A stretch of 62,948 nucleotides of DNA, counting the filler, from Dicyema japonicum (Eukaryota; Animalia; Dicyemida): NCBI GenBank assembly GCA_011109175.1. It is 9 parts of 9 records of this genome, joined end to end, with 100 filler letters (N's around TTAATTAATTAA, not from the genome) between each part and the next. Parts side by side here need not be neighbours in the genome. Positions count along the whole stretch, not along the records: positions 36,308 to 51,521 come from RDEW01000183.1; positions 51,622 to 54,925 come from RDEW01000038.1; positions 55,026 to 58,823 come from RDEW01000326.1; positions 58,924 to 62,948 come from RDEW01000006.1; 5 more parts are not named here. One strand, 5' to 3'. The notes under the pieces were generated by a model. That model searched no databases and was not told the origin of the DNA. It saw only the letters and a program-made list of their open reading frames with translations. The position numbers were made by a program, and so were the translations under genes. Positions 51,191-62,948 of this stretch are shown piece by piece (the first letter of the stretch is position 1; every line of letters starts with the position of its first letter).

Positions 51191-53239
51191 AAGATAGTTA
51201 AAAATAATTAGTAATGTTATCTTTGAAATTGATTATTTTATCTTGACATGGTTGACATTTATGACAGCTGTCATGGTTTCACCCTCGGCTCGGTTTCATC
51301 TCTCGGCTCGCGACATATTAACTTGACGCAAATATTAACAACTTTTTGAAAAATGCGCGGGAAATTTTAAAATATAATTTGAAAGAATATAATGATTTAA
51401 AAAACCCAAAAAATCAGTTTTAATTCAAAAAAGTAATTTAATAAGCTTTGGCGGAGTTCCTCACAATTTTCGTGGAAAATTGCTACTTCGTCATATTTTG
51501 TAATTAAATTCCGACTTTGTTNNNNNNNNNNNNNNNNNNNNNNNNNNNNNNNNNNNNNNNNNNNNTTAATTAATTAANNNNNNNNNNNNNNNNNNNNNNN
51601 NNNNNNNNNNNNNNNNNNNNNAAAAACATCAGTGGACGGTCCAAATATCTCAAACGCGTGCTGCTGGATCATCGAGGGGGAATATGAGCCTCTACAATAA
51701 ACCGAATTAATACGTTGGGGTCACGTAGTAATCAATGAAATCATCAGGAATAGTCTCACATAAAGGAGTTGCATAGCACTCATTCCCCCTATAATAACCA
51801 CTGAGAGTCGAATCCTTGAAAAACGGAGTATTTTCCTCAACAATGTTGACCAATTGATAATTATGGGCACACACAAGCACCTTAATAAACCCACGTGGAT
51901 TACTATTTTATTAAAATGCTTTGCAGCGTGGAGGATGGGAGTAGTAAAGGGCTGACCCACGAATCCCCCACTCCTAAGGATACTTATTGCTGGGACAACC
52001 ACAAAATCGGCAGTCCTCATCACATCTAAAATCCTGTTAAGAGGACATTGGTCATTTCCATCAGAATTTGAGACAAAATCATGATTTAAACGAACGACCC
52101 GAAATCTAACAGTTTTGAGGCAAACCTGTTATTATAAAAACAAGAAACCGAAATTGCCGAATCTGTGAGCTCGTCACCCGTCAGTGTGAGTACAGTCTGA
52201 TTCTTTGAAACGTATCTCAACAACTCAGATGATATGGCATCGGATCTGCGTAAGATTTAAACCAAACCCAGAATCCAAATCGCTTTTAATGCTGAGAATG
52301 TTCTCTAAAATTCCGTCGTTGTCAGACTCGAGTAAAGAAGTGTCCATGAACAAATGCTATTTATTAAAAACAAATAAAACGTCAGTAAAATTGTCAAACG
52401 CACGGTTATTTGATCTAACTCTGTTAGTTATAAAAATACAGAATTTGCTCATCTTTTATTAGTTTTCGTACTAAAGGTTAGCCATTCTAAAAACCTTTGT
52501 AAATAATATTTAAAATAATATTTTTATTAATAATATAACATTTATTCATCAATTCAACAATTTTATAAATTTTCAATAAATATTGACTAAACGATTAATG
52601 TTATAGTTTTACTTAGGTTTGCTGTTTATTATCATAAACTCCAACATTTCGCACGTTTTTAAGGTAATGTTCTTAACTCCGGATATTTTACTTAAAAATT
52701 ATATTAATTACATACCCATTGGCAACATTCCTTATTAGATTTTCTACTTTATCCACCTCTGCTGGTTTCAACATGAAAATAATCCAAGCACGTTTATAAT
52801 TAGTTTTTATTAATTTTAAAAATTTATTATTTATTACTTTTTTGAATTTTAATATTTACATATTCTAGTGGGTTTTTTATGACTTATTTCAATTAAATAT
52901 TATTATTTATGTATATCCCTGACAAACCTCCTGGTGAAGATTACTAGTTTGCAAACTCTTCTGTCTAAGAATGAAGTGACGTCTGTAATGGTAGGACGTG
53001 GTATGAAAATGGAAGATGGCGGATCTACTTATCCACCTCTCTTTTGAAGCGGAATTCTGTAATGGACTTTGGAGGATGGATTTGGTCGGCACAAGCAGAT
53101 GTTCTCCCTTGGGTTTCTTCCTTGGATTAGTTGTGACTGCTTTGCTGAGCTTCCAAAGATTGCAGTCTGTGGTTAATAAATGATTTTTACCGATCAATTT
53201 CTTGTTTTGGTGCATGAGGATTTAGAAACATCACCAACC

Positions 53240-53940
53240 TATCTACGAATAATTTGAATTGAAGAACTTGACACAGGGTCCGTAGATGTAGAATGAATCA
53301 CGATCAATCATCAGAGAGACCACTCGTATGAGGCCTTATTTCTACGGGCAATTATTGAATATGTAAAAAACGATAACAAGGCTCAATGGGCTGCTCAAGC
53401 AATTGACTCTCATAAAGCCAGATTTGATGGATTTCTACGGGCAATTATTGAATATGTAAAAAACGATAACAAGGCTCAATGGGCTGCTCAAGCAATTGAC
53501 TCTTATAAAGCCAGATTTGATGGACATGTTCATAATTCAAAAAGACATTCGTAAATCAAGAAAAGAATTCAGAAGATACAGAATGTGTTTGAGATAAAAC
53601 GAAGGTGTTTCTAAAATAATTTAAAGGAGAATATCGCAATCGTGTTCTCAAGTTTCAGACGGAAGAGTGCTCCTCTTTTTGGAGGGAAATATTGAATAAA
53701 AAAGAAAAGAAAAATACATTTATTATAAGTAAAGGGATAACGTGAGGACAGGAAACTTATGCAGAATCTCAACGAGGGGGGTTGGAAGTAATGGAATGGC
53801 TACAAAAATTGGAGACCACGTGGATGCGACGGAGTTTACAACTTCTTCATTAAGAAGATTACGTCCCTGCATGATTATTTGATAAATTGGAAAGGTAGCC
53901 TTTTCACTTTGTATAAGAAAATCCTTAAATGCATGGACAT
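53240..53940 (+). mobile_element. R4/Dong-like RT N-terminal remnant with a 93-bp tandem duplication (53331-53523)
   Basis: KNWRPRGCDGVYNFFIKKITSLH. Confidence 0.6.
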
Positions 53941-53959
53941 CTCTTCGGGGGTGAAGAGC

Positions 53960-54420
53960 TTTTTAGGAGAGGATGATGTCACCGAAATCATTGTGATTTC
54001 ACTTTGAACATTGAACATCTACGTGCCACCAGCTGGTTCCTTTCCCGAGAGCTATGTAATTCCCGACATTTCTACTTTGTCTTCTTTGAATGACGGAGAC
54101 ATGAATGCTAAACACCCCCTTCGGGTGACAAGCCAACCTCAAGAGGAAAAATGCTGATAACGAAAACTGGTTCTCTGACGGTCATGAATTACCAACATCG
54201 CCGGGCATCACTCTCTGCTCTCCTGTCTTGTCCGCGATAACATCCTGTGCCTCATATAACTTTAGCAGCGACCATAATCCCACTATCTCGAAGATCAGGA
54301 AATTTTCCTGCCTTGAGGAGAAGTGGCAATTCAACTTACCGAGTTTTATGACAACTTCCTGCAGAATCTTTCTTTGGAAGGTTGTACTTTTCTGGACCGA
54401 TTGGTCGCTTATGTCAACCG
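53960..54420 (+). mobile_element. APE endonuclease fragment
   Basis: LNIYVPP, GDMNAKHP, SSDHNP. Confidence 0.7.
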
Positions 54421-55805
54421 CATTATCATTGATGGAAGATCATTCATTATGTGCCTAAGCACTACCTCATCCACGACAGGGAATTTGGCTTGATGGTCTT
54501 AGTAAAATAAAGAAATCAAAAAGCTGTTTGGCTAACTACGGATGAAAAACACCAGAAGATGGATTTAAACGAAGAAATAAAAACAAGAAAACCAAAAAGG
54601 GAACCGAATCAACATACTATAGGGAAAACGATTTGAGGAATATATTGAAGCTCGTATAACCAACCCTTTCTAACAGACCTGAGGAAATCACAAATATCCT
54701 ACTAAAATTCTTTGTGATCAGATCTGAAGGAATGCTTTATACAAGATCGCAATGTGCCTTTAGGAGGAAAATGACGCAAGATGTAAGCTTTACAAATCGT
54801 CAAAAACAGTGGACCATTTAGCAACAAGATGTGGAAGAATACTAAGCAGCGTGTACCTGCGTTTCTATAATGAGGTAGTCAGATGTATACACTTCCATCT
54901 GTGACCCCAATTCGAAAAGACAGACNNNNNNNNNNNNNNNNNNNNNNNNNNNNNNNNNNNNNNNNNNNNTTAATTAATTAANNNNNNNNNNNNNNNNNNN
55001 NNNNNNNNNNNNNNNNNNNNNNNNNTCTGATCATTTTCCGATACTTTCTTGTCGACTATCTGGAAAAATATTCCAATGGTTGATCACGGACCTAGTTGTG
55101 GTGAAGAGAGGCGGTCAAATTCTTACTATTTACCTTATGAAGTGAGATACACCCTGCTGTGAAAAAAATGAAAAAAAATAAGGCTTTGGTTGATCATTTG
55201 AGAATGAAATTGTCTAAAGATACTATAATCTTCTTTGAGGCTCTCCGGAGACTCTTCGACGCCAGTCTAAGACTCGGATATATCGCACAGGACTAAAAAC
55301 TATCAATGGTTCCTATCAAAAACCTAAGGACCCTTCTAGTTCACTTAAAAAATTCTAATTTGTTCACTTGCAAAAATTATGGAAAGAATTATCTACAAAT
55401 ACAATCAAAATGGGTAAGTCACTTTTGAGACTGAATCAGTTTGACTTTCGGTCTTAAAGGTACTGCGGTCGCGCTACCTATTCTTCTCAATTCTGAAATA
55501 GCTTTCAACAATTTTCATGGCTGACTGTCGAGGTCTCGGTTCTTAGTATACGTGAATGATATCCTAATCTCAGACATGTCGGAAAGAATTATTTGCACTA
55601 TGTGGGCTGCCGAAAACTAGTGCAAGAAGAAGGGGCTGATATTATCCATTGAAAAGATGAACGTGATTTGCATTTCTAACCTTGGGAAATTTTTCAAATT
55701 GGAATGTACACTTTACAGAGTACGCGATACTTCGTAACTTTGGGCTTCCAGTTTGAACTAAATGAAGATTTTAGTAAGGACATTAAAGTCCAAAAAAAGA
55801 AAGCC

Positions 55806-56003
55806 GTCATTCAGTGGACTCTCCTGCGGAACTGGATTGTCTAGAAAGGACCCACACCACAAGAAAAAGAAAATAGAGTGAAGATCATTCCTTGGATCTA
55901 CGATTAGTTAAAATTAACTGTTCTTTACTTTAAATGTGCTGTGTCCTGCCTATGCGGAGCTAAATTCCACGGCTCCGTGAAAAGGCTGTTATTATGTATT
56001 ATT
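55806..56003 (+). mobile_element. SINE family 1, 5'-truncated, 12-bp TSD
   Basis: Core and tail match 60855-61045; TSD aaaaagaaagcc at 55794-55805 and 56004-56015. Confidence 0.88.
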
Positions 56004-56179
56004 AAAAAGAAAGCCATCCAGGCAATGCTATGCTTCCAGAAACTCCAAATTCATGGAAAAACTGTCTTCTTAATATTTCGGGGGATCATCTACCCTCACT
56101 TGTATATGGATAGGGAGGATATTTTGATTTTTTATATTATAGTTAAATGAGATTAATTCGACGATAGAGTCACGTGTCA

Positions 56180-56690
56180 GTGACTGTGGACGTGTGATGA
56201 AATGAAAGAGAGGGGAACTACTTCACCTCTCTTCAGAAGCGGATGCTTGAATGGACAAATTGGAGAATGAATTTGATCGTCACAAGCAGACGTTCTCCCT
56301 TGCGTTCCCTCCTTGGATTAATTACCTATGACTGTTTATGCTGGGGCTTACCAAAAATTGTACGCCTGCACCATGCCCTCTTTTGTCGAAGAAAGTGGAG
56401 GACGATCAACGGAATTGTCAAGCGAGCCCTGGAGTCTGCGGAATACCCCGCCATACTTGAACCTGTGGCCTGGATAGAGTAGACGGAAATCGTTCCGACG
56501 AGATCACAATTTTCCCATTTGAGAGGGGAAACCTTTGAATCTGGGACGCTACTTTTGTGTCGACACACTTTACCCGTCCAACATTGTCGGGAGCGCGGCG
56601 TTGACACACTGTATGCAAAAATGAAAAAAACGTTGCAACGCAACGTCGATAATGTCGAAGGGTCCACTTTGGATGGATGGCCGTGTTAAT
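56180..56690 (+). mobile_element. CRE-like REL endonuclease and 3' end remnant
   Basis: HHALFC, NGIVKRAL..PAILEP, IWDAT. Confidence 0.75.
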
Positions 56691-57439
56691 TAATTATCTT
56701 AATTATTTCCATTAATAAATATTTAAATTTATAAATCTCTTCTATCAAGAACCTGACCACGTGGTCCCTTAATTTACCAGCGAAATGAATTTACCTAGAA
56801 TCAATTTATTGTGTTAATAAACATTTGATTTAATCATTGAGACGTTTTCACACCTGCAAGGGCTGGTGCTTTCATTTACGCTTGTTTTTGATGGACTTGT
56901 GTGATATGGTCTCTGCTTCTAGAACCGTGGAAATTTTGTTTATATTTAATTAGTTGTTGCTATTAACTTTTTTCTTGATGTATCCCCCAGTTAATAAATT
57001 ATTATTATCCCTGAAAAAGGGGAAAACCAGAAAGAAGGAGAATTGAATCGAGGGATTAGGGTCAAGATGGCGAGCGAGATTCGCTCAAATAGCTACCAGC
57101 GCTCACGGAGATCTCCAGTTTGTATGGAAATCCGATTCCCTAGACAACCTTTTATGCAAAAGAGCCAATTTTTTTATTTTTTGGCAATTAAAAAAAATAA
57201 AGAGCCACTTTTTTACTTAAGAAAAGATTCCAGATTGAATGGTTTCCCTATTTTTGCAATCTCATGACTGATGATGAAGCTTTCAATATTAGTAGTCCTG
57301 GCAGACTACTTACAATAATATTGAACTTTCATTTTAATATTTTTTGGAGTTCTTCCACAGCTAGTTTTCGTGCATCGCAATGGATATTTTTTTTAAATAT
57401 CACCATGAAATAAATTGTCTCTCAAGAATTGACTTTTTT

Positions 57440-58797
57440 CTGGTTGAAAATTGAATTTTCACAAACCATTCGTGGAAAGAGAAACTTCTGCATGATGGCT
57501 ATTGCGTACATTATGAATAGACAGAGAGACATGTCATATATTGGAAATGTGAGCTGAAAGAAAATGCAAAGGGCAAGAGTAAGAACTGTTAACAAAACTT
57601 AATGTTTATGACACCCACGAACATTCACAAATGCAGGACGTTTACATGCGCTGAATACCGTCAATACGATAAAGAAGAGAGCGAGAGATTCTGAAGAAAC
57701 TACATCCACAGTTATCCAAAATTGTTTAGCACATACCCTATTGATGCTGCTTGTGCGCTACCAAAAAGAAACCCTTCCACGTACTGTTCGACGGACAGCG
57801 TACAGATCAAATACAAGACGCAATGTTCTAACTGCATGAACTTAAAAGTACTTTCAGAGGAGATGATTTTGTGCTACAAGATAGTGATGGTACTTTTGAT
57901 TCAGCCCATTAGGTTTTCAGTTATGAACATGTTACATTATGTGAAACATGTACGTTCCATTAGTGTACGCTATTGCTCGAGAAAATCTCAGCAAATGTAT
58001 GAACAAATATTTTCAACACTGAAGAGAAAATGCCACAACTTGAATCCACTATCATTTACCATAGATTATGAGCGAAGCAGCGATCAATGCTATCAACAGA
58101 ATTTTTCCAAATGCAAATGTTTATGGCTGCTACTTTCACTTGTGGACAGTGTTTATGGCGAAAAATACAAAAATCTAGGACTGCAGGCATGGTATAATGA
58201 CCCAGCAAATGCAAACTTAATTAAAAGTATTCAAGCACTGGCATTTTTCCTGTACCTCAAGTCATTAAGAGTTTCTGAGCGCTCCTTCAAACTATAGATG
58301 ACGAGACTGATGACGTGTTGGGAGATTTTCTGACCTATTTTGAACAACATGGATCGGAGGCTTTGCAACGTGGAAAGGGAAGAGGACCATCGCTTTAGTT
58401 TGGAAATGTGGAATGTATACGACACAGCACAGAGGCCTCCCAATAACTACGAATTCACTTGAAGGATGGCACAGATCTTTTTCACAAAGAGTGTCTATAA
58501 AAACATCCGACCGTTTGTCGGCTATTACAAAAATACGAAAAAAAACAGTCGGAAGTGGAGCTCACAGTAGTACAAATGATGGTCGGAATAACAATAAGAC
58601 AAGTAAAGAGACAGTACCAGGATTTGAACAAAAGGATAAACAGCATTATTGAAAATATGATGAATACACTCAGTAGAATTTTTGACTGCGTTTTCTCATA
58701 ACCTTTAAGTAATGTTTTTATCTTAATTTTATCTCTGAATTTTAAAACTAGAATTTCCTGTCGGCCTAATATCTGTCGGCAAATGTCTGCGACACTG
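57440..58797 (+). mobile_element. Mutator-like (MULE) transposon with FLYWCH domain, frameshifted
   Basis: RGKRKLLHDGY, YWKC; DGTF, IDYE, GCYFHL, TTNSLEGWH; tgtcggc-repeat terminus at 58757-58797. Confidence 0.9.
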
Positions 58798-58923
58798 TAA
58801 TATTTTATCGTCTCCGAGTCTTCNNNNNNNNNNNNNNNNNNNNNNNNNNNNNNNNNNNNNNNNNNNNTTAATTAATTAANNNNNNNNNNNNNNNNNNNNN
58901 NNNNNNNNNNNNNNNNNNNNNNN

Positions 58924-60170
58924 GGCTGTGAAGCTGAGATCCACGCAGTGAGAGAATTTGCGTCACAATCAGCTGAATTGAATGTTGAGGACAGAGTTTT
59001 ATTCAAATTGGACCTCCGGAATGCCTTCAATTCAGTCAGAAAGGACACCGTCCTTGATACCTGTAGGAGGAGGATTCCTTAGATTTATCCCTTTGTATAT
59101 CTCGCGTATTCGGATCCATCCTTTCTTGTTTTTGGCAGTGGAATTATTTCATTCGGATCCGGAGTTCAACAGGGGGACCCACTCGGTCCTCTTCTATTTT
59201 CCTTGTCTATCGACTATATTGCCCAGGACCGTTGCACTCCACTAAACGTCTGGTATCTGGACGATTGTATTCTCGGTGGAAGTCCCGATGATATTCTCTC
59301 CAAAGTTGCATCGATCAGAAGTTTGTGTGGAAAAATCGGTCTGGATTTTAACAATGAAAAGTGCAAAGCAATTAATCTGAATTTGAGTTCCTATTCATTT
59401 TACCTTTTTCATAGAAAACTCTGCGAAATCATCCCAGGGGTTAGGGNTTTTCCTTGTCTATCGACCATATTGCCCAGGACCGTTGCACTCCACTAAACGT
59501 CTGGTATCTGGACGATTGTATTCTCGGTGGAAGTCCCGATGATATTCTCTCCAAAGTTGCGTCGATCAGAAGTTTGTGTGGAAAAATCGGTCTGGATTTT
59601 AACAATGAAAAGTGCGAAGCAATTAATCTGAATTTGAGTTCTGATTCATTCTACCTTTTTCATAGAAAACTAAGCGATATCATCCCAGGGGTTAGGGAGA
59701 CTCATATTGATTCTCTCGACTTCCTTGGGTGTGGGATTTTGGTAAACCGGGTGAGGGAGTTATTGGAAGGCAAGAGGACTAATTAACGTCAATATGCCGA
59801 CAGGATGAGTTTTTTGGATTGTCATGTCGCCTTTTTTATGCTGAAGAATTGTCTCCTTATTCCAAAACTCTTTTTTATTCTACGGGGATCCTCATGCTAC
59901 GCCAAAAAAAACCTTCTATCGTTAATTGATATGGATATCCGGTCAACGATGGGGTCCATTCTTAATGTTCGTTTTGATGATTTCGGATGGTTACAGGCCT
60001 CACTCCCTGTAGCCTGCGGTGGTTTGGGTCTTACTCTTCCTTCGGACGTTGCTTTGGGCGCGTATTTATCTTCGTTCGGCTCGTCAAGGCATTTAGTGGA
60101 TACGGTCCTTCACTCTACTTCCGGACTAAACGTACCGCTGACGCCGTCGGGAGCCTGGGATGATTGGATG
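58924..60170 (+). mobile_element. CRE-like non-LTR retrotransposon RT (contains an N-joined ~250 bp duplicate)
   Basis: GCEAEIHAVR, LDLRNAFNSV, GVQQGDPLGPLLF, WYLDD, QASLPVACGGLGL. Confidence 0.88.
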
Positions 60171-60719
60171 AATTTGATAATAATTCACACGTTGATAATT
60201 TTCCGGATTTCTGACTTTATGATTCTAAAGAACGAAATCCATCCACTAAACAATTACTCGCCGAAAACAGAGACGTCAAGTTTTAATTTGCAAATTTTAT
60301 GGTACTTATACAAAATATTTTGTTAGATAAAGTTATTAGAAGGTTAGTCATTTTTTAATCATTAACATTGGGATGACGGTAAATATATTTTTCAGATAAA
60401 ATTACGTTCTAAAACTCATAATGATGTCGGATCTTTGTTAGAAGAGGAATCAAAGACACGATCTTTATTTTGATAATGCCTGTGTTCATCATTATACGGA
60501 CATTAAATAATTGAATGAAATAGCTCAAAAGATTTGTATTTTAGTTTATTCTAGAAGTACTTGAGTTTATTCTAGTATACATGAAAAACTGTCTACTAAT
60601 GAAGTTTGAGAGTTTACATTAAATAAAATAACTTAATGGATTTGAAATGATTTCCACTTATATAGTATGTTGAAGACTTGTACTTGAAAAAGAACAATTC
60701 CACGAATAATCAATAGAGT

Positions 60720-61049
60720 GGCTTAGTGGTGGGTGGCTTAGTGGTTAGGTGTCGGGCTTAAGTGGCTTAGGCTACGGGTTCGAATCTCGCTGCTGTTCAC
60801 CTGGTGGAAGGTTCCACGCATCTACGATGCAGAAAGGGTTTGACGAGTGACGCCGTCATCAGTGAATACTCACTGCGGAACTGGATTGTCTAGAAAGGAC
60901 ACTCACACAAGAAAAAGAAAAAAGAAGTGAAGATCATTCCTTGGTTCTACGATTAGTTAAAATTAACTGTTCTTTACTTAAATAAAGTGTGTGTCCTGCC
61001 TATGCGGAGCTATAAAATACTATGGCTCTCGTGAAAAGGCTTTTAAAAA
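60720..61049 (+). mobile_element. tRNA-headed SINE family 1, full length, 12-bp TSD
   Basis: A box tggcttagtgg (duplicated), B box ggttcgaatc; TSD aatcaatagagt at 60708-60719 and 61050-61061. Confidence 0.92.
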
Positions 61050-61211
61050 AATCAATAGAGTACCCATCACGTGTAATTATTTATATTTCACTATGTAATG
61101 ACCTTTGACGGCATCGCTACTTGAAAAGGCTTTTAAAAAAATCAATAGAGTACCCATCACGTGTAATTATTTATATTTTACTATGTAATGACCTTTGACG
61201 GCATCGCTACT
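61032..61211. repeat. 90-bp tandem duplication including the SINE 3' end
   Basis: Two units (61032-61121 and 61122-61211) with one visible substitution. Confidence 0.9.
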
Positions 61212-61299
61212 AAGTACCACAGGGTGCAAGTTGATCTCTGTCGTTATTATGAGAAGCAACACAACGTCAGGTTATGTCGGCTGGATTTTTGTGTTAATT

Positions 61300-62000
61300 A
61301 ATTGATTAATTTCGTTTTTAAGGTAATAAGTAGAATAATAACAAAAACTTGTATAGAATTGTAGATATTTTCGCAAGTTGTTCTTTTTTTCATAAGTATA
61401 ATATCAAATAATTTTTCCTTGACAGTTAAATCGTGGAAGATTAAACGAGAAAATACACATAGTTGCGTGATAAAACCCTCTGTGATCGACCAGTTGGCCT
61501 TAATACAATACGGCTTCGTTTTATCAAAGGTCTTAAGATCAAGACAAATTATAAAAAATTGATTTGGATAAAAATTGAGGACTATCTTAGCTGAAACAAC
61601 TGGAGACATAAGTGGGATATCACATCCTTTACTAAAGAAAGTGGTTGTCTGACTAAACTTAATAGCCAGACCCTTTTCCAGTTAATCTACATTGCAATCG
61701 TGATAGGAAAAGTATCGTGGATTATGTTGGTGGGGACCATTTTGTTATAAATAAATTAAATTTAGATTCATTTAGTAATTACAAACATCAGGAAAATCGA
61801 ACTAATTCTCCAGCGATAACTAAAAAAATTAGATGATAATCTATGCTAAAAAAACTAATGTTTGTCTCAATATGATCGCTTTAAAAGTTCTAACAAATAG
61901 AACACGTGACAATATCTCCTACGATGAGATCTTTGACCAATTATACAACTATGGATTTTTAACACTTTATCATAAAAATACATTTCCTGTCATAAATAAT
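61300..62000 (-). pseudogene. Possible P-type ATPase remnant
   Basis: VKDLIVGDIV and IAGE (cf. the actuator-domain TGE), then IICLDLKT (cf. ICSDKTGT), in the expected order; weak. Confidence 0.3.
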
Positions 62001-62499
62001 TAGATTTGAAAAAAATTTGGAATTTTTATTCGAAAATTATTTTTTAACTTTAATTATTACACATCAGATTGTCAAAATATCATATTTATTATTTTAAACA
62101 TACACTGTATATGTCCATATTTAGTTAATTCAACAGCAACAAAAAATCATACTATATATTTCAGGACAATTATTCAATTATGCTTTAAAATTAAATTATG
62201 AACAAAATAAATAAGAATTAATTTATTACATATTTGTAGTTACACTAAGGATCGTGTAAATTAATTAAAAAGTAATTTTTCTTGTAAATTTTGAGTAAAA
62301 CGCTCGCATTAAAAAAAGACATTTTGTTTATCTTGTGTAAAGTAATTCTCCCAAATTTACTCTACTGATGTTAAGGATGGTTTTTCTACAAAAAAAGGAC
62401 AAAATAATATCAAGGAGAGCCATCAAGTTGGCCTTAGAAAGAACGCTAATTAATGAATTATCTTAGTAGGAAGATAAACTCCTAACATTAAATATTTGC

Positions 62500-62948
62500 G
62501 TGATGGAAAAGAAGATATAGGTTTTCCCTCGCCTAACAACTTATCACGATTTGCTCTGCAGTGGCTAGAGAGTAAAAATTGTATTCAAATAATGTCACGG
62601 AGAAACTCTCCTTAGTCGATGGTCATACAGCGTTTTTCCATTTGAAGAATAGCATCGGCTTGCTCAAATCCTATACGCTCTCCGATGTTCTCCCTGCTTC
62701 AAACATCGTGACATCCTTTTGTCACTGGATAGGACATTGAGAAAATCAGCTAAATTGCTTCTAAACATCCATTTTGATGTGCTGAGTTGGAACCAATGCA
62801 AGCTTCATACACGCCTAGGAGGAACGGGTCTCAGGTCGGCGCTGGAGATCGCCTATCCAGCATAAGTGTCATCGCTTTCAAGTGGAAGCCTTTTAGTTCA
62901 AGAAATCATACGTTTTACAACCGGACTTTCTTGGACAAGAGTCTTCGA
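62500..62948 (+). mobile_element. CRE-like post-RT fragment
   Basis: HTAFFHLKN, WNQCKLHTRLGGTGLRSA; paralogous to 59805-60100. Confidence 0.75.

Noticed and set aside
51622-52420. INTS6-like or retroelement identity for this degenerate coding-like tract
   Set aside because: Only a faint motif resemblance; not supportable without a search.

Overview
AT-rich eukaryotic (metazoan) genomic DNA, assembled from short contigs joined by eight artificial 100-nt spacers (N44-TTAATTAATTAA-N44). Adjacency across a spacer is unproven. Most of the window is decayed transposons: RTE-like, Ingi/I-group-like, CRE-like and R4/Dong-like non-LTR retrotransposons, plus Tc1, Tigger/pogo, hAT and MULE DNA transposons. 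It also holds two SINE-like families, each with its likely partner LINE 3' end in the window, and several disabled host-gene copies (DHX8/PRP22 twice, PPAN, WD40, SLC44-like, GPCR-like, LRR). The ORF track misses most real genes because they are split by 22-51 nt GT-AG introns. Manual splicing gives intact CBF-beta and MVB12 genes, a small acidic protein, and a LAMP/mucin-like gene with one in-frame TAG; there is also an intronless secreted orphan. Tiny introns plus animal genes suggest a dicyemid or a similarly reduced animal parasite (inference). I found no CRISPR array, rRNA, intact tRNA or Fanzor/TnpB. Transposon and pseudogene boundaries are approximate; family calls rest on recalled motifs, not searches.
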